From NCBI GenBank assembly GCA_964619725.1, contig CAZUFC010000009.1, positions 32,001-96,000 on the forward strand: a stretch of DNA of 64,000 nucleotides, in the 5' to 3' direction. Source of the stretch: an uncultured bacterium (GTDB lineage Bacteria > CSSED10-310 > CAZUFC01). The notes beneath the pieces are model-generated. The model made no database searches. It was given only the letters and a program-made list of their open reading frames with translations, and was not told the DNA's origin. Within the stretch, counting starts at the first letter, position 1; the number at the start of each line of letters is the position of its first letter. Below, piece after piece: positions 47,496 through 56,219 of this stretch. The position numbers and the translations under genes are program-made.

Positions 47496-50033
47496 ATGAA
47501 CAGAAAAAAAAACGAACCAGAATTACCTTTCCCGAAAAAAATCCCAAAGATGCCGGAAGGGTACTATTCCGGCGATAAACCGAATCCAAACCTCCGGGCT
47601 TTCGTGGAACGGCATATCGAGGAGCGACCTTATGACCCGGAAACCGACGACTATGACGTGCCGGCCTTCGACAAGCCTATCGAAACCACAAAAGCAACGG
47701 CTATCTACAACATGCACACTTATTGGTCAAAGAAGCCGCATGATGCCATACGCCAATATATAAGACATTACACCAAACCAGGCGATTTGGTTCTCGATCC
47801 CTTCTGCGGAGCAGGAGGTACAGCAATAGCTTCAATAATGGAGGGAAGAAAAACTGTAGTTTCTGATTTGTCTCCATCTGCAACTTTTATAACATCCAAT
47901 TCACTTCGAATAATTGATTGTAATGATTTCAAAAAGGCAGTCATAAAACTTGAGAAAAAAATTGGTTCATCACTTGTGGGGCTTTTCAATTCGCCATGGT
48001 GTGACGGTATTGTAAAATCCGTTATTTATTCAGAACGGTTTAGGTGTTCGAGATGCTTTAAACCATATGCATTTATAGAAGCTAACAAAGGAGAAATTCG
48101 TAGATTTCGTGGGCGTAAGAAGGCAAAAGCAGTATGTCCTAATTGTGGTGAAACACTAAAAACTAATATTGATGAAAGATTAGGTTTCGTGCCGGCAGAG
48201 CTTCACATTGCAAAATCCATTAAATCAAACAGAACAAAGAAAATTAATGTTATAGGTAATAATTCTGTTGCAAATCGCTTCGCAGTTGTTCCTAGCAATT
48301 TACCAGATCGTTTATTAGTTAAAATTGATGGAAATATACAGCCACGTCTTTCCAGGAATCTTAAAAAATCAGGTGTGGAAGTTGTGGGTCACTTATTTAG
48401 TAAAATTAATATTGATGCTCTTTTAAAAATTGAAGAAGGTATTACATTATTACATGAAGTCTCAGAAAGTTCAAAAAGTTTACTTATGTTAGCTTTGCAC
48501 TCAATTCTTTATAACTGTACAAGAATGTATCGTTATCGATTGTATACAACGGGCGGTGGAGGATTTAGCGGTACTTATTATATCCCACATCTTTCCAAGT
48601 GTATAAACCCATGGTCAGCGTTTATTAAAAAATGTTCAGTTCTTGAAAATGCCATTAATGAAATTAATACATCAGATAAGGGTGATTTTGCCAATAGTAA
48701 GCTTCCGGTAGTCGTTTCTTGTGAATGTGCTACAAAAATTTCAGATAAAATACCAGCTGATAGCGTAGATTATGTTTTTACGGATCCTCCATATGGTGGT
48801 ACATATCATTATGGAGCACTTAATTTAATCTGGGAAACTTGGCGAGGCTGCAATCTTAATTGGAGGACCCGAGAAATTGTTATTTCTGAAGACGGTTTGC
48901 ATGATTACCAAGAATGGTTGAACAGAATGAGTAAAGCTATGGGTGAAATTTATAAGGTTCTTAAGCCCGGTAGGTGCGTAACACTATGTTTTCATGGAGA
49001 AGTTGCTCTGTGGCAAGCAGTAAATGACATCATGGCAGAAATTGGCTTTTTATCAGATAAAAGAGAGGAATCGTTATTTATTGATACAAAGCAGAAGTCC
49101 TATAACCAGTTAACAGGTTCTACCTCAAAAAAGCGAGATTTAGTTATAAACTTCAGAAAACCAAAACCCAATGAGTTGATTGGAGTTTTCGATTTCGCTT
49201 ATGCAGAACATAATAAAACCTTCAACGAAAAAGTACGAAAAATTATCTACGATTATCTATGTACAAATCCCGGCAGCACAAAAGACCGCATATACGACCA
49301 CGTAGTAAGCCGCATGGTCCGCAAGGGTGAAATGGAGGCGCACGATTTCGATGCAATCCTTAAAACCGTAGCGGAAGAAGTGACGACTCCGGTGATGAAA
49401 AGCCTTTTCGAGAAGAGGGAACCTGACCTGTTCGGCACACATGAGATAAAAAGGTGGTATCTCAAGGAAAGCGAACTGGCGGAGGTTGATGAAGCCGAGA
49501 CAGCGAGTGAGGATTCTGCGGCTGAAAAATTACGGGAATTTATAGCGAAGAGAAACAGCGAGCATCCGGAAGATGAGGGCGTGCATTACAGCGATCTTTT
49601 CGAGCATTACATTTACGCAGTCAAAGATACGCCGAGGCGGCGTCTTATCGAGTTTCTTCCGGATTATTTTTATAAAACGGAACAGGGAACCTGGCGATTG
49701 CCTGCTTCAGAAGAAGAGGAGTGCGCTAAGCTTGAAGCCAGGGCAAAAGGATTAGGTCGTCGCATCAAGCGTTACATTGCACAACTCCGACAGGGGGTCC
49801 TCATTCCGGAGAAGGAGCAACCCGGTGATGCAACGCTGGCGGAGTGGATACGCTATTGCAAGCGTTCGGGGATGTATGAGCAGGGAAGATTTTTGTATGA
49901 GAAGGGCGGCATTAATCCCGAAAACCTGCCGGAGGCGGCAATGGCGGATGTTGAGGAAGATTACCAGGTATGTGTGCGTATGCTGAAGCGCGGAACGGAC
50001 AGGCCGGGACGCAGCAGGCGCCGGGAGAGTTAA
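47496..50033 (+). CDS. Amino-DNA methyltransferase (N6A/N4C; PglXI-like) of the BREX-like system
   Basis: YNMHTYWSKKPH, VLDPFCGAGGT (motif I), Zn-ribbon CSRC/CPNC, DYVFTDPPY (motif IV), VLKPG; long C-terminal extension. Confidence 0.85.
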   Translation: MNRKKNEPELPFPKKIPKMPEGYYSGDKPNPNLRAFVERHIEERPYDPETDDYDVPAFDKPIETTKATAIYNMHTYWSKKPHDAIRQYIRHYTKPGDLVLDPFCGAGGTAIASIMEGRKTVVSDLSPSATFITSNSLRIIDCNDFKKAVIKLEKKIGSSLVGLFNSPWCDGIVKSVIYSERFRCSRCFKPYAFIEANKGEIRRFRGRKKAKAVCPNCGETLKTNIDERLGFVPAELHIAKSIKSNRTKKINVIGNNSVANRFAVVPSNLPDRLLVKIDGNIQPRLSRNLKKSGVEVVGHLFSKINIDALLKIEEGITLLHEVSESSKSLLMLALHSILYNCTRMYRYRLYTTGGGGFSGTYYIPHLSKCINPWSAFIKKCSVLENAINEINTSDKGDFANSKLPVVVSCECATKISDKIPADSVDYVFTDPPYGGTYHYGALNLIWETWRGCNLNWRTREIVISEDGLHDYQEWLNRMSKAMGEIYKVLKPGRCVTLCFHGEVALWQAVNDIMAEIGFLSDKREESLFIDTKQKSYNQLTGSTSKKRDLVINFRKPKPNELIGVFDFAYAEHNKTFNEKVRKIIYDYLCTNPGSTKDRIYDHVVSRMVRKGEMEAHDFDAILKTVAEEVTTPVMKSLFEKREPDLFGTHEIKRWYLKESELAEVDEAETASEDSAAEKLREFIAKRNSEHPEDEGVHYSDLFEHYIYAVKDTPRRRLIEFLPDYFYKTEQGTWRLPASEEEECAKLEARAKGLGRRIKRYIAQLRQGVLIPEKEQPGDATLAEWIRYCKRSGMYEQGRFLYEKGGINPENLPEAAMADVEEDYQVCVRMLKRGTDRPGRSRRRES

Positions 50034-50047
50034 CGGGGTATTTGACG

Positions 50048-51229
50048 ATGAATGAACAACATCGATTGTCTTCAATAAGAATCAAAGGATACCGGCCTTT
50101 TGACGATATAGAGGTGCGTTTGGAGCCTTTACAGGTTATAGCGGGCGCTAACGGATCGGGTAAAACGAGTCTTTTCGAGTTTTTGAGTTTCATTCGTGAC
50201 GCCTGTTATCATGAGATTCCCCCGGAAATTATAATGGGAACAACAGGCCGGCAGATTTTTCATAAACCGGGACCGGATAAATTCTGGTGGAGCGCTGAAA
50301 TAGAAAATGATCAAAAAACGCCTCTCTGCTATGAGGGTGAATTATTGGGTCCTGTCGGGTCGGCAAAAATAGCGTACGAACGAGTTGCATCGAGGGAACG
50401 ACCAGCGGAGAGGAATAGCAGCGAACATATCTATTTAGACTTTAAAAACGGCGAAGGTTGCGTTCGGTATCCCGGGAAGGGCAAAGATAAAAGGAAGAAG
50501 TGGGATTTAAGAAAACCTAATCAGTTGGGACTTGGTGCGATCACGGATTCAAGCCTGGTTACTCTTTTTAATTTAAGGGAATATATCCGGAATTGGCGAT
50601 TTTACGATTCCTTTCATATCAACGATGAAAAAATCAGAAAATCGGTCCCGACAAGTCAGGAACCTATGCTCCAGGAGGATGCCGGCAATTTAAGCGCAGT
50701 GTTGTTCAACCTGATGACCGAGCATCCGGAATCTTTCGAAGAGTTAAAATTTGCGATCAGTTCTGCAGTTCCCGGATTCAACGGACTTAATGTAAAAGCG
50801 AGAGGAGGTCCCGGCGAAGTCATTGCGTTTTGGCGTGAGAAGGCCTGCGACACTGAGCTGAGTCTTGCTGATTTGTCTGACGGAACGTTGCGATTTATTG
50901 CCTGGGCGACCTTGTGCGTGATGCCCTCGCCGCCGTCTTTGATTTGTATTGACGATCCTGACCTGGGCGTTCATCCCAGGACTCTTCCTGTTCTCGCCTC
51001 CCTGTTTCAAGAGGCATCGCTGCGTACCCAGATTATTCTTGCGACCCATGCCTCTTATTTTCTTAGCCGTTTTGATTTAAAAAACATTGCGGTAATGAGA
51101 AAGATTTCAGGAAAAAGCTTATTTCTTAAAGCCGGGGATTCTCAAACCTTGCTGGATAACCTTAAGGATTTCGGCGACGATGAGCTTGAAAAGATGCATA
51201 GGACGGATGAACTGGAGGCGCTGGCGTGA
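50048..51229 (+). CDS. ABC/AAA_21-type ATPase
   Basis: GANGSGKTS, LSDGTLRF signature, ICIDDPDLGVHP Walker B, TQIILATHA. Confidence 0.88.
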   Translation: MNEQHRLSSIRIKGYRPFDDIEVRLEPLQVIAGANGSGKTSLFEFLSFIRDACYHEIPPEIIMGTTGRQIFHKPGPDKFWWSAEIENDQKTPLCYEGELLGPVGSAKIAYERVASRERPAERNSSEHIYLDFKNGEGCVRYPGKGKDKRKKWDLRKPNQLGLGAITDSSLVTLFNLREYIRNWRFYDSFHINDEKIRKSVPTSQEPMLQEDAGNLSAVLFNLMTEHPESFEELKFAISSAVPGFNGLNVKARGGPGEVIAFWREKACDTELSLADLSDGTLRFIAWATLCVMPSPPSLICIDDPDLGVHPRTLPVLASLFQEASLRTQIILATHASYFLSRFDLKNIAVMRKISGKSLFLKAGDSQTLLDNLKDFGDDELEKMHRTDELEALA

Positions 51230-51873
51230 GTGAAGTATTTATTTATGTTGAAGGTCCCAGCGATCAGCGCAGTATGAGGGAACTGTTTGATGAAGTGATG
51301 AGAGAATGCGAAAAAATGGGAACCGTAGTTGATTTTTTCCCGCTGAACGGGAAGGAGCCGCTTTTAAATAAAGGTCCTACAAAGGCATTGAATATTTTGA
51401 GGAACCGACCGAATTCGTATGTATTCCTCGTCCCTGACCTTTATCCGCCCAACAAGCCGTTCCCGCATGCTGATTTCCAGGAATTGAGAAAAGAATTGAA
51501 GGCAAGATTCAACCGTGAAATTGAAAGAAAAGCCTGCGATGAGAGGCTTGCAGACCGCTTTTTCGTGCATTGTTTTAAACATGATCTTGAAGCGCTGGTT
51601 CTCGCCTCGGAAACCGCTTTCCTCTCCAGGCTGGATAAGCCCAAGTTCTCTCGATCCTGGACCAGACCCGTTGAAAACCAGGACAGTAATAATCCGCCGA
51701 AACGCATTGTTGAAGCGCTGTTCAGAGATGCAGGCATGATATACAGGGACGTTGCGGATGCGCCCTGGATTCTGAAACGTTCCAGCCTGAATGAATTATG
51801 CGATAAATGCCCTCAGAATTTTAAACCCTTTGCGGTGGATATATTCCGTTTAATTGGAAGGAAGATATCATGA
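51226..51873 (+). CDS. DUF4276-like TOPRIM-fold putative nuclease, partner of the ATPase
   Basis: IYVEGPSD, DLY, HDLEALVLA, C-terminal CPQNFK; GTGA overlap with the ATPase gene. Confidence 0.75.
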   Translation: MSEVFIYVEGPSDQRSMRELFDEVMRECEKMGTVVDFFPLNGKEPLLNKGPTKALNILRNRPNSYVFLVPDLYPPNKPFPHADFQELRKELKARFNREIERKACDERLADRFFVHCFKHDLEALVLASETAFLSRLDKPKFSRSWTRPVENQDSNNPPKRIVEALFRDAGMIYRDVADAPWILKRSSLNELCDKCPQNFKPFAVDIFRLIGRKIS

Positions 51874-54800
51874 GCCAGGCAGACAGTTTGACATTCAGAA
51901 ACAATTTAAACGAAATATGCGATGTTCCCGACAGGATTATTTCTGTTTATTCGCTGGAAAAGCATGTATGGGCTGATTCGAATTCCGAGGCAAGCCGAAA
52001 AGCGCGTCGTCCGGAGCTTCGCACAATCGAGGAATTCCAGTTCGCTCCTGTTCGTTCTTTTATGACTGACGTATTCCGCAACATGGCCGCTCCATGGAAA
52101 AGGGAGCGCAGGGAGAACCCAATCGGACAGGGATATTGGGTTCAGGCGGAGTTCGGTTCCGGCAAATCGCATCTGCTTTGCTGTCTGTCAGGGCTGGCCC
52201 TGGGACGTGAAGAAGCCTGGGACATTCTGAACAAAAAGGAGAAGGATTCAGGTCGAGGCAAGCGGGAATCACTTTACCGGTTCTGGGAGGAAGGTATCAG
52301 CTCTAAAAGCCGGAAATCAAAGGGAATATTTGTCGTGGTCAGCACATTGGTAGGCTCCGGCGGCGGAGCGATTGGATTGTCTGATAAAGGACGTCGTCTT
52401 TCCGATTATATCCTGGAAGCTGTGAAGAATCAGATAAATATCGAGCTGGGGAAGAACGTTTCGCTGTATCCGGCGGAGTTGCTGGCAGACCGTTTCGTTA
52501 GTGAGGACCTGGAGCGCTACCGGAAGGACCTGGCAACTTTTTTTCGTGATCCGAGATATTTTGAGGAGGATGAATCAGAGGAAGTGGACGAATTTATCCG
52601 CACGATACAGCAAGATGATACGCCGGAATATAAGCGAAGCTGCGGCAACAAATTATGGCGTTTTTATACGGAGTATCTGAAGGTTCAGCCGCAGATTGCC
52701 GCCGAGACGGAAGATATTCTGAAGCATATGGCGGAGACGATATTGGCCGAAGGGTACAGCGGCATTTTGCTGGTTTTGGACGAGGTGTCCTTGTTCATGA
52801 AGGACCGTGACGACGGGCAGCGGGCCGATGATGAAAAGACCCTTGTAGTTTTATCGAATCGCCTGGCCAAAATTCACAATCTTCCTGTCTGGACGGTCTG
52901 TTCTGCGCAGCAGGCGATCGAAAGCAAAATGGGAGTAAAGAACATAATCGCAGATGACCGTTTAAAGCTTGTCAAGCTGCTTGAGGAGGACCGGGATTAT
53001 TATGACATTGTACTTTCGCGAGTACGAGAAATAAAAAACGAAAAGGCTATCGGCAGCTATTACCTTCACTATAAACGAGGATTCACCTGGCCCGGCAGTA
53101 TAGGCGAGTCGGAATTCCGTCATTTTTTTCCTTTCCACAAACCTGCTATTGAGATATTGAAAGCCATTACCTATGAGCTGACTACGGCGCGTTCCGCCAT
53201 TCATTTCATGCATCAGACCCTTAAACATCAGATAAAAAATAAGGGGAATGAAATAATAAGGCTGTGGGAGCTTTTCGATGAAACGGTGCGATATGAGGAG
53301 GACCCGAGCGGCGTTCATGCTGGACTGGTCGCGATCAAGACGAAACGTGAGTCGGATTACCGGGTTTATGAGGTATGCAAGCGACAGATCGACAATTTGA
53401 CCAGGGGATACCTGAAAGTTCACCGAGACAAAGCCGTCAAAGTTCTTCAAACGCTGTTTCTTTACCATATAGCCAGAATGGACCAGCCAGGCGTCACGCC
53501 TGAAGATATCGCGAATTCTGTGCTTATCGAAAGGGATGCTGATGCTGATCCGACTGAGAATATACAGCATTACGAAAGCATAACGGAAAATTTGAAAAGG
53601 GAACTGCGGCAGATCGTTCAATCTTTTGATGAGGAGAACAGGCCGAGATACCGGTTTGATCCTGTTTTTACCGTTGTTGATCCGAGGGATGAATTCCGCA
53701 AGGCCAGGGATGAAGCTGAATCGAATGAATTAATGCAGAAGGAGGCGTGGGAGCATCTTCTGGCGCTTGACGAGTGGCCGGTGCGGACCCGTCAGATGAC
53801 GATCGACCTTTCCAGCGGCGTAAGGTCGATTTTCCGGGATATAGCGCCGTTCCTGGCGCCCTGGGAAGACCGGAATTCAGCCCGCTCAGGGGACCAGAAC
53901 CTGGACGTTGTATGGCAGGGGCGGCAGATTTCCGGGAAAGCAGGGATGCGCGATTTCGGAAGAATGTTTTCCGAGAATCTTCCCTTGCCGGGGATTGAAA
54001 GCGATCAGACTGACATGGATTTCGCCGTCTACGCAGGAATGCGTCATGTCAGCAGCAACATCGTATTAAAGCTCATTGAAAGGCGTAAAGACCCGCGTAT
54101 CCTTCTTTGGACCCCTGATGAGCTGACACAGAACGAACGTGACAGACTCATCGACTTCGCTGCTTATCGCAAGCTTATTTCCGATTGGCAGGGAAAGGAA
54201 ACCGAGGATGCAGTCGCCGTCATCAATTGGGTATCGCACTCACTTCAGTCCGATCTGGCCAATATAATTAAAATCGTCGACAACTCTTATGCCCGCGGCC
54301 GAATTGATGCTTTGAACAATACCCAAATGGAATTTCGGGTTGCCGGAGAACTCGTAAACATCATAACGCCGCTGGTGGATAAAGCGCTGACGGCAGCTTA
54401 TGTTTCCCGTGACGTCAAGTTCGATCCCCCTTTCATCTTCCGCAAGGAAGAAGGAGTAAAAGTTATAAACGGTATAGTTAAAACCGGCCGCATTCTCAGG
54501 GGCGCCAAACCGAACAAGGATATAAGCGCTGCCCAAAATTTCGGCTTCAGTCTGAATATCATGAAAAAAAGCGCGGAGAAGGAGCTTGATTTTTCAGAAA
54601 ATCCTTACGTTAATGATATATGGACATTCATTGACGAAAAACTGACGGATGCCGGTCAAACCATGAAGCTGGAAACTCTGTATAAAAATTTCATGGGTAT
54701 CGGCGGTCCAAAGGACTATGGACTTACCAGGCGCATGGTTCAGATTTACCTTCTCTGCCTGGTACGCGAAGGTCGCGTTCGGGTCGCCCTAGGGCATAAG

Positions 54801-56207
54801 GCAGGTCTTGCTGATCCCTTAATTGATTATGCGAATATTGCCGGGATTGATTTCTCAGCTAAAACGCTTGATGCTTTTAATGAGATTCAGAAAGTAGCCA
54901 AACCGGAAAACTGGGAAGTATTAAAACCGTATGCAGAGAAACTGCTCGGTATCGTAATACCTGTCATTCATGATGATGCGGAAATTTCTGAATACAGGGC
55001 AAGACTGAGGCAGTTGTTCTCTCAGGAAAAAGAGAGGGGCGCAAGACTGGCGGGACGTGTGCAAAGTCTGTTTGAAACACTCAAGACCGCTAATCCCTAT
55101 GAACAGGAATTTAAGCAGGTCGTTGACTTGTTCTCCGCCGAGATCGAGCAAGGAGACGACATAGACCTTATTTTATATGCTTTAAAAGATGCCATGGGTT
55201 ACCAGGCTTTTGATACGAACAGGCCAGATACTGAAGAAGCGGACGACCTTGCCGGTCGATTAAAGAATTACCATGATATTCGTAATTTTCTCGCATTTGA
55301 GAATGAGATTCGGACTGCCCATGCCTATTGTTCCATCGACCTGACGGAAACGCGGGAATTAGCCGGCGCTGCAGCGGCTATCGATTCGGTTCGCTTTAAA
55401 CTGGATAAAATAAAGGAATTCATTGATTCTGACGTAAAACTGAGGACCGAATTAGTAGGCGCTTTCCCGCCGGTAAAAGGTGAGAAAGGCACAATTTCGG
55501 CTATGATACGCGAATACTCGTCCGTATATTTGCCTACGCATGAATCCGTCATCAGTCATATCGAAAACAGCCGCAAGCGTGTTGAAAATGTTATTGCGGG
55601 AAACGATTTCAAAGTTTTAGGAATTTTGGACGGAATTACCGCTCTGAAGTCTTCGAGCGCAGATAATCTGGAAAGACTTCTTATACAACTTTACGAGGAA
55701 ATTTTTGATTGTCCGTCGCCTTCCCGCAATTCTGTTGAGGAACAATTGCGCAACGATCCGCTGCATGAATGCGGACTATCTTTTGTTAATGCATCGAACT
55801 TTGTTCAAAAAGCTGAACGTGCAGTATCGGATACCCTTGGATTGCTGGATGATGCTTACCGCAAAAGGATGGAAGTTTTCATGAATCCTGCGGTGCGCAA
55901 ACGTTTGAACCAGGGAAGTGATGAACCGTTAATCGCTGGTTTACTGGCCTGTGATTCCGTTGAGGAACTTCGAGCTTATTTCGTGAAAACAGCGCCGGTC
56001 AATCCTGAAATCGTGGATATGATTAACAAGTATTTGAAAAAAATCGTTATAAAACGAGTGAAAATGAGTGATTTTAAGCCTGAAACGGGTACGATCGAGA
56101 AAGAACAGGTATTGCAGGTGTCTGAGGAGTTCCGGACCTTTTTAGAAAATAAATTCGGCGACCTGCAAGAGGATGATGACGAGCTTCCCATGCTGCAGTT
56201 GGAATAG
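51870..56207 (+). CDS. brxC: BrxC/PglY-like large P-loop ATPase
   Basis: AEFGSGKSH Walker A, LLVLDE Walker B, FPFH, RSAIHF; 1445 aa; directly upstream of pglZ. Confidence 0.75.
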   Translation: MSQADSLTFRNNLNEICDVPDRIISVYSLEKHVWADSNSEASRKARRPELRTIEEFQFAPVRSFMTDVFRNMAAPWKRERRENPIGQGYWVQAEFGSGKSHLLCCLSGLALGREEAWDILNKKEKDSGRGKRESLYRFWEEGISSKSRKSKGIFVVVSTLVGSGGGAIGLSDKGRRLSDYILEAVKNQINIELGKNVSLYPAELLADRFVSEDLERYRKDLATFFRDPRYFEEDESEEVDEFIRTIQQDDTPEYKRSCGNKLWRFYTEYLKVQPQIAAETEDILKHMAETILAEGYSGILLVLDEVSLFMKDRDDGQRADDEKTLVVLSNRLAKIHNLPVWTVCSAQQAIESKMGVKNIIADDRLKLVKLLEEDRDYYDIVLSRVREIKNEKAIGSYYLHYKRGFTWPGSIGESEFRHFFPFHKPAIEILKAITYELTTARSAIHFMHQTLKHQIKNKGNEIIRLWELFDETVRYEEDPSGVHAGLVAIKTKRESDYRVYEVCKRQIDNLTRGYLKVHRDKAVKVLQTLFLYHIARMDQPGVTPEDIANSVLIERDADADPTENIQHYESITENLKRELRQIVQSFDEENRPRYRFDPVFTVVDPRDEFRKARDEAESNELMQKEAWEHLLALDEWPVRTRQMTIDLSSGVRSIFRDIAPFLAPWEDRNSARSGDQNLDVVWQGRQISGKAGMRDFGRMFSENLPLPGIESDQTDMDFAVYAGMRHVSSNIVLKLIERRKDPRILLWTPDELTQNERDRLIDFAAYRKLISDWQGKETEDAVAVINWVSHSLQSDLANIIKIVDNSYARGRIDALNNTQMEFRVAGELVNIITPLVDKALTAAYVSRDVKFDPPFIFRKEEGVKVINGIVKTGRILRGAKPNKDISAAQNFGFSLNIMKKSAEKELDFSENPYVNDIWTFIDEKLTDAGQTMKLETLYKNFMGIGGPKDYGLTRRMVQIYLLCLVREGRVRVALGHKAGLADPLIDYANIAGIDFSAKTLDAFNEIQKVAKPENWEVLKPYAEKLLGIVIPVIHDDAEISEYRARLRQLFSQEKERGARLAGRVQSLFETLKTANPYEQEFKQVVDLFSAEIEQGDDIDLILYALKDAMGYQAFDTNRPDTEEADDLAGRLKNYHDIRNFLAFENEIRTAHAYCSIDLTETRELAGAAAAIDSVRFKLDKIKEFIDSDVKLRTELVGAFPPVKGEKGTISAMIREYSSVYLPTHESVISHIENSRKRVENVIAGNDFKVLGILDGITALKSSSADNLERLLIQLYEEIFDCPSPSRNSVEEQLRNDPLHECGLSFVNASNFVQKAERAVSDTLGLLDDAYRKRMEVFMNPAVRKRLNQGSDEPLIAGLLACDSVEELRAYFVKTAPVNPEIVDMINKYLKKIVIKRVKMSDFKPETGTIEKEQVLQVSEEFRTFLENKFGDLQEDDDELPMLQLE

Positions 56208-56219
56208 GAGGAAGAATCC

